NCBI GenBank assembly: GCA_963761335.1
Contig: CAVXGR010000015.1
Span: forward strand, 67,796 to 131,795
DNA length: 64,000 nucleotides
Reading direction: 5' to 3'
Source of the DNA: an uncultured delta proteobacterium
GTDB taxonomy: Bacteria > Desulfobacterota > Binatia > HRBIN30 > BPIQ01
A program made the position numbers and the translations under genes. The notes beneath the pieces are model-generated. The model was given only the letters and a program-made list of their open reading frames with translations. It was not told where the DNA came from and ran no database searches. This document shows, one piece after another, positions 31,131 through 40,307 of this stretch (positions within the stretch are counted from its first letter, which is position 1; every line of letters begins with the position of its first letter).

Positions 31131-32731
31131 CGCTCGAGAACGATCACGCAGGCGTTGGCGCCACGCCCGACGGTGTGCGCCATCGCGGTGCGGGCGCCGC
31201 TCACCTGCCGCCCCTCCGCCTCACCGCGCAGCTGCCAGACGAGCTCGATCACCTGCCCGAGCCCGGAGGCGCCGAGAGGTTCGCCCTTCGACAGGAGCCC
31301 GCCGCTCGGATTGACGGGCAGCCGGCCGCCGATCTCCGTATGGCCCTCCTCGATCCACTCGCCGCTCTCGCCGTGGCCGCACAAGCCGAGCTCCTCGTAT
31401 GACAGCAGCTCGCGGCCGGAGTCGGTGTCCTGCACCTCCACCACGTCCAGGTCGGCCGGACCGATGCCGGCGGCGCCAAAGGCGTCGCGCGCCGCCAGCT
31501 CTGTCGGGCTCGGGGGGTCGGTGTCGAGCCCGGAGAGCGGCGTGTGCTCGCCGAGGACGCTGCCGGGAAGGTGGGAACGCAGCGCCGCCGCGGCGATCCG
31601 CACCGGTCCGGGCGTGCTTCCGGAGGCGCGCAGCACGACGGCCGCGGCTCCCTCGTTGGGGGCGCACAGCATGAAGGTGGTCAGCGGATCGCAGACCATC
31701 GGCGATGCGAGCACCTGCTCGCGGGAGAGCTCCTTGCGGTACATGGCGTAGGGGTTGTGCACGCCGTTGCGGTGGTTCTTGACCGACACCTGCGCCAGCT
31801 GCGCGCCGGTCACGCCGCTCTCGCGCATGAGTCGCTGCGCCCGCAGCGCGAAGTAGGCGGGGTTGACCGCCAGCCCTGCCTCCTCGCGCCAGGGCTCGAA
31901 GAAGGACGAGCGGATGACCCCGCGCGGCATCTTCTCCATGCCGAACACCAGCACGCAGTCGCAGCGCCCGGAGCGGATTGCCTCGATGCCGAAGATCAGG
32001 GCAGCGCCACCGCTGGCGCAACCGGCCTCGATGTTGGCGATGGGCACGCCGGTGAGACCGAGGGCGGTGAGCACCTTGTGACCGGCGGCGACGCCGCTGT
32101 ACACGGTGCCGCAATAGGCCGCCTGAAATCCGCCGCGCTCGACACCGGCGTGGCGCAGCGCCTGGCGCACCGCGGCCACCCCCATGTCGACGGCGCTCTG
32201 GTCGGCGAAGCGCCCGAAGGGGTGAATTCCGAGACCGGCGATCTCCACCGGACGCCCACCGCCGGCGAGGGCCGCGGGAAGCCGCCACGGCGGCGGCTGC
32301 GGGCGCGCCGCCTGTGGCGGGGGCGCGGCGCCGGTGTCGGCGGCGAAGGCATAGGTGACGACCTCTTCGCCGTCGTCGTCGCGATGGAGCGGCTCGGCCA
32401 CCAGTCGCATCGGCGTTCCCGCCGGCAGCTGGGCCGCGTCGGCGTCGGCGATCCGGGTCACGACGCGCAGCCCCGCCGCCAGCTCGACGATGCCGAAGCC
32501 GAAGGGAAGAGCGCCGCGATAGCCGGGCGGACGGTTGACGACGGAGGTGGAGAGATAGAGCCGCGCCGCGCTATCGGTCAGCGCCTCGGTGTCGGCGTCG
32601 CCGCCGCAGTACGGGCAGAAGGAGGCGGCGGGGAAATGCAGCCGGGCGCAATCCCGGCAGCGGCCGGCGAGCAGCTGCGGCGCGCCATCGTCGACGCACC
32701 GGAACAGGCCTGCCGTGATGGCGCGTCCCAT
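31127..32731 (-). CDS. fusion protein: N-terminal DUF35-like OB-fold/zinc-ribbon domain plus C-terminal SCP-x-type thiolase-like domain
   Basis: N-terminus CRDCARLHFPAASFCPYCGG (DUF35-like Zn ribbon) then an OB-fold region. The C-terminal ~390 aa carry thiolase-like motifs (AGCASGGAAL..., NPSGGLLSKGEPLGASG). Confidence 0.7.
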   Translation of the reverse strand: MGRAITAGLFRCVDDGAPQLLAGRCRDCARLHFPAASFCPYCGGDADTEALTDSAARLYLSTSVVNRPPGYRGALPFGFGIVELAAGLRVVTRIADADAAQLPAGTPMRLVAEPLHRDDDGEEVVTYAFAADTGAAPPPQAARPQPPPWRLPAALAGGGRPVEIAGLGIHPFGRFADQSAVDMGVAAVRQALRHAGVERGGFQAAYCGTVYSGVAAGHKVLTALGLTGVPIANIEAGCASGGAALIFGIEAIRSGRCDCVLVFGMEKMPRGVIRSSFFEPWREEAGLAVNPAYFALRAQRLMRESGVTGAQLAQVSVKNHRNGVHNPYAMYRKELSREQVLASPMVCDPLTTFMLCAPNEGAAAVVLRASGSTPGPVRIAAAALRSHLPGSVLGEHTPLSGLDTDPPSPTELAARDAFGAAGIGPADLDVVEVQDTDSGRELLSYEELGLCGHGESGEWIEEGHTEIGGRLPVNPSGGLLSKGEPLGASGLGQVIELVWQLRGEAEGRQVSGARTAMAHTVGRGANACVIVLER

Positions 32732-32770
32732 GGCCGCTCCATAGCACGCCCGCCCGGGGCATCAGCAAAC

Positions 32771-32862
32771 CGAGCCACCGAGCCACTGAGCCACCGAGCC
32801 ACTGAGCCACCGAGCCACTGAGCCACCGAGCCACTGATCCACCGAGCCACTGATCCACTGAT
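32771..32862. repeat. tandem octamer repeat (YGAKCCAC) x12 in the asnS-thiolase intergenic region
   Basis: cgagccac cgagccac tgagccac ... tgatccac tgatctac read directly. Ends at the asnS stop codon; about 40 nt upstream of the next ATG. Confidence 0.9.
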
Positions 32863-34158
32863 CTACGGCTCCAGTCGCTCCATCATTCGCGGGAATGGAA
32901 TCGTCTCGCGTACGTGGTGGAGCCCGCAGACCCAGGCGACCATGCGCTCGATTCCCATGCCGAAGCCGGCGTGGGGCACCGAGCCGTAGCGGCGCAGGTC
33001 GAGGTACCACTCGAAGGCGGAGCGCGGCAGCTGGTGAGCCTCGATCTTGCGCACCAGGACCTCGTAGTCGTCCTCGCGCTGCCCGCCGCCGATGATCTCG
33101 CCATAGCCCTCCGGCGCCAGCACGTCGACGCAGAGAGCCAGGCGCGGATCCTCCGGATCGGCCTTCATGTAGAACGCCTTGCACTGCGCCGGATAGCGGT
33201 GAACCATGACCGGGCGATCGAAGGTGCTGGAGAGGGCCGTCTCCTCGTCGCCGCCGAAGTCCTCCCCCCAGTCGATCGCCGCGCCGCCGCGGCGCAGCTG
33301 CTCGACGGCTTCGCCGTAAGCGATGCGGGGAAACGGCTTGCGCACCTTCTCCAGGGCCGTCAGGTCGCGCTCCAGGCTCTCCAGCTCGCCGCGGCGGCTG
33401 CTGAGTGTCCGTTGCACGACGTACTCGACGAAGTCCTCGGCGAGGTCCATGTCGCCGGCCAGGTCCATGAACGCCACCTCCGGCTCGACCATCCAGAACT
33501 CGGTGAGATGGCGCCGCGTCTTCGACTTCTCGGCGCGGAAGGTGGGGCCGAAGCAGTACACCTTCCCGAAGGCCATGGCGGCGGCCTCGGCGTAGAGCTG
33601 GCCGCTCTGTGTGAGATAGGCCTTGCGCTCGAAGTAGTCGGTCTCGAAGAGGGTGGTGGTGCCCTCGCACGCCGCCGGCGTGAAGATCGGCGCATCGATC
33701 AGGGTGAAGCCGCGACCGTCGAAGTAGTCCCGGCAGGCGCGGATGATCTCGGCGCGCACGCGCATGATGGCGTGCTGGCGCGCCGAGCGCAGCCACAGGT
33801 GACGGTGGTCGAGCAGGAAGGCGACGCCGTGCTCCTTCGGGGTGATCGGGTACTCGGAGGCGCGGTGCAGGAGCTCGAGGTGGCGAACGCTCAGCTCGTA
33901 GCCGATTCGGGCGCGCCGGTCGGCGCGCACCGTTCCGCTGACGCGGACCGAGGACTCCTGGGTGAGGTGATCGGCGAGCGCGAACTCCTCGGCGGAGACG
34001 TCGCCCTTGAAGATGACGCACTGGATGGTTCCGGTGCCGTCGCGCACTTGCAGGAAGTGCAGCTTGCCGCTCGAGCGCTTGTTGTACAGCCATCCCTGGA
34101 TGGCGACCTCCTGTCCCTCGTGTGCGGCGATGTCCTCGACGTAGACGGTGGCGGCCAT
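32863..34158 (-). CDS. asnS: asparaginyl-tRNA synthetase (class IIb)
   Basis: N-terminal anticodon-binding OB fold. Class II motifs (FRAE; [10 protein letters not shown]). 431 aa. Confidence 0.85.
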   Translation of the reverse strand: MAATVYVEDIAAHEGQEVAIQGWLYNKRSSGKLHFLQVRDGTGTIQCVIFKGDVSAEEFALADHLTQESSVRVSGTVRADRRARIGYELSVRHLELLHRASEYPITPKEHGVAFLLDHRHLWLRSARQHAIMRVRAEIIRACRDYFDGRGFTLIDAPIFTPAACEGTTTLFETDYFERKAYLTQSGQLYAEAAAMAFGKVYCFGPTFRAEKSKTRRHLTEFWMVEPEVAFMDLAGDMDLAEDFVEYVVQRTLSSRRGELESLERDLTALEKVRKPFPRIAYGEAVEQLRRGGAAIDWGEDFGGDEETALSSTFDRPVMVHRYPAQCKAFYMKADPEDPRLALCVDVLAPEGYGEIIGGGQREDDYEVLVRKIEAHQLPRSAFEWYLDLRRYGSVPHAGFGMGIERMVAWVCGLHHVRETIPFPRMMERLEP

Positions 34159-34201
34159 GAATGGGCCCAGTGTCTCACTTCGGCTGCGGAGGTTCCAGCG
34201 G

Positions 34202-35014
34202 TCACCGGCGCCGAGCGCGCGTGCCGAGGATCTGGGCGGCGCGCCGGAACACCGCCTCGAAGGCGGACCACTTCAGCTTGCCGGTGAAGGTATTCTGCTG
34301 GCTCGGGTGATAGGAGGCGATGAGGACGAGGTCGCCGAGGTCGATCTCGGCGCCGTGAGCAAAGCGCGGTCGCGGGCGCGGCACCTCGCCGCCGGCGTCC
34401 TGGCGCGCCGCCAGGTAGGAGTCGAAGGCGATCTTGCCGAGGGCGACGATGACCTGCAGGTGGTCGAGGGTCTCGAGCTCGCGCAGGAGGTAGGGGCGGC
34501 AGTGGAGGACCTCCTCCCGGGTCGGCTTGTTGGCCGGCGGGGCGCAGCGCACGGCGGCGCTGACGTAGGCGCGCTGCAGGGCGAGGCCGTCGTCGCGGGC
34601 GCTGGAGGTGGCCTGGCTGGCAAAGCCCGTGGCGTGCAGGGCGCGGTAGAGCCACTCCCCCGAGCGGTCTCCGGTGAACATGCGGCCGGTGCGGTTGGCA
34701 CCGTGCGCCGCCGGGGCCAGGCCGACGATCAGCAGGCGCGCCGCGGGATCGCCGAAGCCGGGCACCGGCCGTCCCCAGTACACCCAGTCGCGGAACTGTC
34801 GCCGCTTGTCGCGGGCGACGGCTTCACGATGAGCGACCAGCCGCGGACAGCGGCGACAGGCGGCGATTTCCGCGGCGAGAGCGGCGATGGCTGCGGTCGG
34901 CGCTTGCCGGCCGCGTTCGCCACGAGCTCCGGGCACTTCAGTGAGTGGTAACCGTGCCGCCCTCGCTGACTCCGAACATCTGGCCGACCGCGTCGTAGGC
35001 GGGTCCGAGAACAC
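34202..35014 (-). CDS. uracil-DNA glycosylase, family 4 ([4Fe-4S] UDG); start uncertain
   Basis: CRRCPRL..., [37 protein letters not shown]. The annotated ATG overlaps the upstream small ORF; a GTG at 34936 is an alternative start. Confidence 0.75.
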   Translation of the reverse strand: MFSDPPTTRSARCSESARAARLPLTEVPGARGERGRQAPTAAIAALAAEIAACRRCPRLVAHREAVARDKRRQFRDWVYWGRPVPGFGDPAARLLIVGLAPAAHGANRTGRMFTGDRSGEWLYRALHATGFASQATSSARDDGLALQRAYVSAAVRCAPPANKPTREEVLHCRPYLLRELETLDHLQVIVALGKIAFDSYLAARQDAGGEVPRPRPRFAHGAEIDLGDLVLIASYHPSQQNTFTGKLKWSAFEAVFRRAAQILGTRARRR

Positions 35015-35198
35015 CGTCCAGGGTGTCCGTCAGCAGCTGCTCGATGTCGGAGATGTCGTCGACCGACAGAGCGCTCATGTCCTGGTGCATGCCGTGTAGG
35101 GCCCAGATCGCGGTGCGCATTCTGCCGCGCACCTCGTCGAGCATCCGCAGGACTTCCTGAGGATCCAGTTGGACGGCTTGATCGCCATCTTTCGCCAT
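34938..35198 (-). CDS. small hypothetical protein (86 aa)
   Basis: Strong RBS (GAAAGGAGAG) 8 nt before the [89 protein letters not shown]. The stop TGA abuts the candidate UDG GTG start. The longer listed ORF (to 35768) is antisense to the MMPL gene and rejected. Confidence 0.4.
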   Translation of the reverse strand: MAKDGDQAVQLDPQEVLRMLDEVRGRMRTAIWALHGMHQDMSALSVDDISDIEQLLTDTLDGVLGPAYDAVGQMFGVSEGGTVTTH

Positions 35199-35426
35199 TG
35201 TTGGTGCTCTCCTTTCGGCGGACAGCCAAGCAGAGTCTGCCCAGTCCGGTGCGGGAGCGCAAGAGACTCGGCGGCGCGGCACATCGCCTTGTCCCCCAAG
35301 GAGGTGCGTACTATATGCCCGACTTGGGGATATGACTTGCCGCGGTGACTCCGACCCGGTGGAGCCGGCACGGGAAGGCCGGTCGCCACGAATCCGGCCG
35401 CGGCGAGCCGCGAGCGGGGCTCCTGC

Positions 35427-37811
35427 ATGTCGTTGATGGAACGCTACGTTCGCTTCATCGTGCGCCACCCTCGCCCGGTGGTCTTGGCGATCCTCGTCGT
35501 CACCGCCCTCCTCGCCACCCAGCTCCGCCACGTGCACATGGAGATCCGCCGCCGCGCGAATCTTCCGGAGGATCATCCCTACGTACAGATTCAAGATCGC
35601 ATTGCGGACCTGTTCGGCGGTGAGACGACGCTGATTGTCGGCGTGATCCCGCGACACGGCGACATCTTTTCTCCTTCGACCCTCGAGAAGATCATCCGCA
35701 TTACGCGCAAGTTCGAGGATCTCCGCGGGGTTGTCGAGAGCAATCTGCTCAGCATCGCGGCCCGGCACGTGAAGGCGATCCGTCCCACCGCGGACGGTAT
35801 GGACGTGCGGCCTCTGCTCGAGTCAGTGCCGAAGACTGCGGAGGGGCTGGAACGTCTCAAGCAACAGATTCTGTCTTATGAGATCTACGCCGGCACACTG
35901 GTGGCGCGCGACGGACGGGCTGCCGCCATCGTCGTCGACTTCGATGACGAGCTGACCGACGCGCAGATCGACGACGCCGCGGAGAAGATTCTCGCGCCCG
36001 AGCGCGACGACACCGTCCGCTTCGCTCTGGGCGGGGCTCCACTGGTTCGGGCCTACGTCGGTAGGTACACGCGGGAGATGGGATTCCTGTTCCCGATCGC
36101 GGTGCTGGTCATCGCCCTGGTCCATTACGAAGCGTTTCGTACCGTACAGGCGATGGTCCTGCCGCTGGCGACGGCGCTGCTCAGCGTTCTCTGGGCCGTC
36201 AGCTTCATGGGCTTCACCGGCCAGCCGATGGACACTTGGAGCGCCATCACTCCCGTCGTGATCCTGGCGGTGGCGGCAGGGCACGCCGTTCAGATCCTGA
36301 AGCGGTACTACGAGGAGTACGCGATCGTCGGTGACAGTCGGGAAGCCGTGGTGCGGTCGGTCACCGCGGTCGGACCGGTGATGCTGACCGCCGGGTTCAT
36401 CGCGTCGGCCGGATTCGCTTCTCTCCTCACTTTCGGCGTGAGCAGCGTCCGGGCCTTCGGCCTCCTGCTGTCGGTCGGCATCCTCAGTGCCCTGTTGATC
36501 GAGATGACCTTCATCCCGGCGTGCCGAGCGATGCTGCCCGCCCCGCGCGGAGCGGAGGCCTCGCGCGAGCGGGGCGGTCGTGTGCTCTCCGCAATGCTGG
36601 AGTGGTTGTCGACGCTGATCATGGGGAATCCGCGGCTCTTGCTGGCCGCCGTCGTCGCCGTCGTCGCCGTTGCCGCGATCGGTATTCCGCGGCTCCGCGT
36701 CGACAACAGCTTTCGCGGATGGTTTCCGGCGGATTCCGCAATTCGGCAGGATGACGATCTTCTCAATCGGCGACTGGCGGGCGCAACGACCCTGTATATT
36801 CTCCTGGAGGGCAAGGAGGACGGAGATCTGGAGCGGCCGGAGGTGCTGCGCGCCGTTGACGATCTCGAGAACTGGCTCAGAAGGCAGCCCAACGTCGGCG
36901 CGACCCTATCTCTGGCGGACTTCATCAAGCGGATGCACGGAGTGATGTCGTCCGGAACCGATCGCGCTGCCGCAGAGATTCCGAACAACAAGCGCCTGAT
37001 CGCCCAGTACCTGCTGCTGTACTCGTTGTCCGGCCCCGACGACTTCAACTCCGTCGTTGACCCGGCGCACCGCCTGGGGGTGGTGCGCGCCTACGTCAAG
37101 ACCGACGAAGCGGAGTTCGGGGATGAGCTGTTCCGTCAGCTGACGACGTATGCGCGTGGGCGATTCCATGGCCTGCCGGTGACCCCGGAGATCGCTGGCG
37201 GTGCTCTCGGGGTGCAGACGGCGCTGAATCAGGTCATCGTCCACGAGAAGGCCGTCAACGTCCTGCAGATCTGCCTCATCATCTTCGTTCTCTCGAGCCT
37301 GGCACTGAGATCTCTGGTGGCAGGCCTTCTGGTACTGGCGCCGCTGGTCCTGGCGGTGGTGTTCAATCTCGGAGTGATGGGTCTCACGGGGACTTGGCTG
37401 AGTATCGGAACCGCCACCATCACCGCGATGGCGATCAGTATCGGTGCCGATTTCGCCATCTACCTGATCTTCCGTATTCGAGAGGAGCTGGGTCGCTCGG
37501 GCGGCGACGTCGCCGAGGCGATGCGAACCAGCCTGCTCACCTCGGGCAAAGCGATCTTTTTCGTGTCCTCGGCGGTGGTGCTGGGATATCTCGTCTTGGC
37601 CCTGTCCGGGTTCAAGCTCTGGATCCACCTGGGGGTACTCACGGCGCTGATGATGGCCGTCAGTGCTCTTGCGGCGCTGATCGTGATCCCTGCCGTCGCT
37701 CTGGTGATCCGTCCGCGGTTCCTCTGGCGCCGCATCTCCGCGGGCGAGTCCGGAGGAATGATGGCGCGGCCGGAGAGCGCCGATGAGAAGATCGGTGGGC
37801 AGGTGCGCTGA
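35427..37811 (+). CDS. RND-superfamily MMPL/HpnN-like exporter
   Basis: 794 aa with 12 TM helices in two 6-TM bundles and two periplasmic loops. Similar in layout to the 5630-8152 product. Confidence 0.75.
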   Translation: MSLMERYVRFIVRHPRPVVLAILVVTALLATQLRHVHMEIRRRANLPEDHPYVQIQDRIADLFGGETTLIVGVIPRHGDIFSPSTLEKIIRITRKFEDLRGVVESNLLSIAARHVKAIRPTADGMDVRPLLESVPKTAEGLERLKQQILSYEIYAGTLVARDGRAAAIVVDFDDELTDAQIDDAAEKILAPERDDTVRFALGGAPLVRAYVGRYTREMGFLFPIAVLVIALVHYEAFRTVQAMVLPLATALLSVLWAVSFMGFTGQPMDTWSAITPVVILAVAAGHAVQILKRYYEEYAIVGDSREAVVRSVTAVGPVMLTAGFIASAGFASLLTFGVSSVRAFGLLLSVGILSALLIEMTFIPACRAMLPAPRGAEASRERGGRVLSAMLEWLSTLIMGNPRLLLAAVVAVVAVAAIGIPRLRVDNSFRGWFPADSAIRQDDDLLNRRLAGATTLYILLEGKEDGDLERPEVLRAVDDLENWLRRQPNVGATLSLADFIKRMHGVMSSGTDRAAAEIPNNKRLIAQYLLLYSLSGPDDFNSVVDPAHRLGVVRAYVKTDEAEFGDELFRQLTTYARGRFHGLPVTPEIAGGALGVQTALNQVIVHEKAVNVLQICLIIFVLSSLALRSLVAGLLVLAPLVLAVVFNLGVMGLTGTWLSIGTATITAMAISIGADFAIYLIFRIREELGRSGGDVAEAMRTSLLTSGKAIFFVSSAVVLGYLVLALSGFKLWIHLGVLTALMMAVSALAALIVIPAVALVIRPRFLWRRISAGESGGMMARPESADEKIGGQVR

Positions 37812-39056
37812 TCAGCTGTTCGGACGTCGGAGGAGGGCGTACGCGTTGATCCCTCCGAATCCGTAGCTGCAGACCAGAACGCGCCTCAGGGACGCTGGGC
37901 GGGCGGTTCCCGGGACGAAATCGAGATCGCATTCCGGGTCGGGATCCTCCAGGTGATGTGTGGGGGGGATCAGCCCGTTGGCGATGGCGAGCGCCGCCGC
38001 CGAGATCTGAAAGGCGCCGGCCGCACCGAAAGGGTGCCCGAGAATGCCTTTGATGGAGCTCACGGGCAGGCGAGCTGCGACCTCTCCGAGAGCGTGCTTG
38101 AGCACGCGGGTATCCTTGCGGTCGAAATGGGGAGAGGAGTTCCCGTTGGCGCACACGTAGTCGAGCTCGGCAGGAGTGACCTGTCCGCGGGAGAGGCAGG
38201 CGCGGATTCCCTCTGCCCCGGCGACGGCCGACTGATCGACGCGGAATGGGTCGGTGGCATCGACTGAGGAGGAATGGGCGACCAGCTCCGCGTAGATGGG
38301 GACGCCGCGTCGGCGCGCCCCTTCGCTCGACTCGAGCACCAGGACGGCGCTGCCCTCGCTCAACACGAATCCCTCGTGCCTCCGGTCGAATGGGCGGGAG
38401 GCATGAGCGGGATCATCGTTCTCGCAGCAGAGCTCCCGCGTGCGCGTCATCCCCGCAACCACGAGCGGCGAAATGGGGGCCTCGGTTCCCCCAGCCAAGC
38501 AGCACTCGAGCTCGCCGCTGGCGATCAGATCCGACGCGTACCCCACGGCCTGGGTGCCGGCGCAGCATCCGGTGGAGAGGGTTGCATGGGTTCCGCGGGC
38601 GTTGAGGGCGATCGCCACTTCCATTGCCGGGGCGTAGTTCGGAGCGCTGCTGAGGGCGAAAGGGTTGACCCGATTGGCTCCCTTTTCCAGGAGGATGGCG
38701 AACTGCTGCTGCGCTTCGTGCCAGCCGCCCAGTGAGGTTCCGAGCACCACGCCGCGTGCGCCGGGCTCGTACTGCTCCAGGTCAATCCCGGCATCGCGCA
38801 GAGCCAGCTCGGCGGCGGCCAGTGCGAACTGGCTGCACAGGGGTGCGTTGCGGAGCTTGGCGGGACTGACGAGGTCTCGGAACGTCAGGTCGCGCACCTC
38901 CCCGGCGATGCGGCAGGAGTACCCGGCTGTGTCGAAGCGTGAGATCGCGCCGATCGCCGGAATTCCCTCGATGATGCTCCTCCAGAAGGACGCCCTGCCG
39001 ATCCCCGTCGGCCCGACGATTCCGATGCCGGTGATCGCGACACTGCGGCGCTGCAT
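37812..39056 (-). CDS. beta-ketoacyl-ACP synthase (KAS I/II, FabF-like)
   Basis: MQRRSVAITGIGIVGPTGIG...; active-site Cys region (ATLSTGCCAG), His-His region (HSSSVD...GHPFGAAG). 414 aa. Internal Met used; the extended N-terminus is rejected. Confidence 0.9.
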   Translation of the reverse strand: MQRRSVAITGIGIVGPTGIGRASFWRSIIEGIPAIGAISRFDTAGYSCRIAGEVRDLTFRDLVSPAKLRNAPLCSQFALAAAELALRDAGIDLEQYEPGARGVVLGTSLGGWHEAQQQFAILLEKGANRVNPFALSSAPNYAPAMEVAIALNARGTHATLSTGCCAGTQAVGYASDLIASGELECCLAGGTEAPISPLVVAGMTRTRELCCENDDPAHASRPFDRRHEGFVLSEGSAVLVLESSEGARRRGVPIYAELVAHSSSVDATDPFRVDQSAVAGAEGIRACLSRGQVTPAELDYVCANGNSSPHFDRKDTRVLKHALGEVAARLPVSSIKGILGHPFGAAGAFQISAAALAIANGLIPPTHHLEDPDPECDLDFVPGTARPASLRRVLVCSYGFGGINAYALLRRPNS

Positions 39057-39060
39057 CGCT

Positions 39061-39070
39061 CCCCCCCCCC
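39061..39070. repeat. C10 (G10 on coding strand) homopolymer between the ACP stop and the KAS start
   Basis: cccccccccc read directly. On the minus strand GGGGGGGGGGAGCG precedes the KAS ATG, so it also serves as an SD-like element. Confidence 0.9.
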
Positions 39071-39084
39071 GCGTCGCGGCCGGA

Positions 39085-39432
39085 CTATCTTGGCGCGTGC
39101 TTTTCGGCGGCGGCAACTGCCGCGTCGCCCGGGAACGGATGTGAAGCGTTGGTCGCCAAATCGTGGATATACCCCACGATCTTGCCAAAGGTGTTCAGCC
39201 GCAGGACCTCGAGGAAGTCGATACTGACGTCGTACTCCTGTTCGATCGCCACCTGGAGCTGGACCATCTGCACCGATTCCATCTCGAGCTCCCCGTCGAT
39301 GGTCGCCTCTTCCCTGATGGCGCTGCCGGGGATCTCGCACACTTCCTGCAGAAGAGTCGCCAAAAAATCTCGAACTTGCGCTCGGCTGATTCCGGTGTCT
39401 CTCTCTGGCTCAACTGGTTTAGTGCCCGACAT
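39085..39432 (-). CDS. acyl carrier protein (dedicated/atypical ACP)
   Basis: MSGTKPVEPERDTGISRAQVRDFLATLLQEV...IDGELEMESVQMVQLQVAIEQEY; four-helix pattern with a Ser in an ACP-like DxxxxSxx context. Immediately upstream of the KAS gene on the same strand. Confidence 0.65.
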   Translation of the reverse strand: MSGTKPVEPERDTGISRAQVRDFLATLLQEVCEIPGSAIREEATIDGELEMESVQMVQLQVAIEQEYDVSIDFLEVLRLNTFGKIVGYIHDLATNASHPFPGDAAVAAAEKHAPR

Positions 39433-39599
39433 GGTGTCTAGACGACTACGCGACACATCACTTCTAAAGTCAAGACAATTGACAGCGTCCGAAATTCGAC
39501 ATCCCATTGTCTTTATAGCTTCGAAACCGCAGGATAAGCCCCATTATTCCAGGCATTTCTTGCGCGTAGGCGTGAGGACAAGCTGCCGGGGGGTGCGGC

Positions 39600-40307
39600 A
39601 TGTCTCTTGCTATGCAGCAGGTAATGGGGTACACGCAGATACTGCAGTCGGCGTGGGCCTTGAGTCAGGGGGAGATCGATGCGATGGGGAGAGGAGAGCT
39701 GAAGGCACCCCTTCTGGATTTTCGCTGTGAAGTCGCGACGGGCGCGGCGATCGACCAGGTGATGGAGATCCGCCGCAAGGTGTACATCGAGGAATTCGGG
39801 TTTCGCCTGGCCGATGGAAGCCCGCGCGATCCTCTCGACGAGCGGTCGTATCAGCTTCTCGCGACCTCGGCGTCAGGAGAAGGAGTGGGCTCTCTTCGAT
39901 TGACCGATGCTCCGGCGCGCCCGTTCGAAATCGAAGCCTTTCTCGATCTCACCCCTTTTGTGTCGCCGGATCGACACCCGGCGGAGATCACCCGCCTTTG
40001 CATTCTGCCGCCTTACCGCCGGATCTCTCGAGCGGCGTTCGTGCATCTCGCCATTCTCGATCGTGTCTTGCGGTTGGCTCGCCAATTGGGCGCGACCGAC
40101 TTCATCGCCTCGACGCGCTCCGATTTGAGCGCCTTCTACGAATATCTGCTCTTCGAGACATACCCGGGTGCGGTCTACCAGCATCCGGAGATCGGCGGGG
40201 CGGAGCACACCCTCATGCGGCTGGATCTCACGACCGTGGTCGAGCGGTACAGGCGATTTCGCCCGACGCTCTATCCGGTCGTCGAGGCGGCATGGGAGCC
40301 CTGCTGA
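39600..40307 (+). CDS. GNAT-superfamily N-acyl amino acid synthase / LuxI-like acyltransferase (resembles the family annotated as PEP-CTERM/exosortase-system-associated acyltransferase)
   Basis: EIRRKVYIEEFGF...EITRLCILPPYRR (E-x-T/S-R-L/F-C/A-I/V core as in LuxI and FeeM-like synthases). 235 aa. Divergent from the ACP-KAS operon; its stop overlaps the kinase start by 16 nt. Confidence 0.55.
   Translation: MSLAMQQVMGYTQILQSAWALSQGEIDAMGRGELKAPLLDFRCEVATGAAIDQVMEIRRKVYIEEFGFRLADGSPRDPLDERSYQLLATSASGEGVGSLRLTDAPARPFEIEAFLDLTPFVSPDRHPAEITRLCILPPYRRISRAAFVHLAILDRVLRLARQLGATDFIASTRSDLSAFYEYLLFETYPGAVYQHPEIGGAEHTLMRLDLTTVVERYRRFRPTLYPVVEAAWEPC

Noticed and set aside
32771-32862. The octamer tandem array as a CRISPR array
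   Set aside because: The units are 8 bp with no spacers and no cas genes, so it is a microsatellite-type repeat.
39998-40291. 5' 98 codons of the listed kinase ORF overlapping the acyltransferase gene
   Set aside because: It overlaps the GNAT gene out of frame. The first plausible start is the Met at 40292 (MGALLTHEG...), giving a 16-nt coupled overlap.
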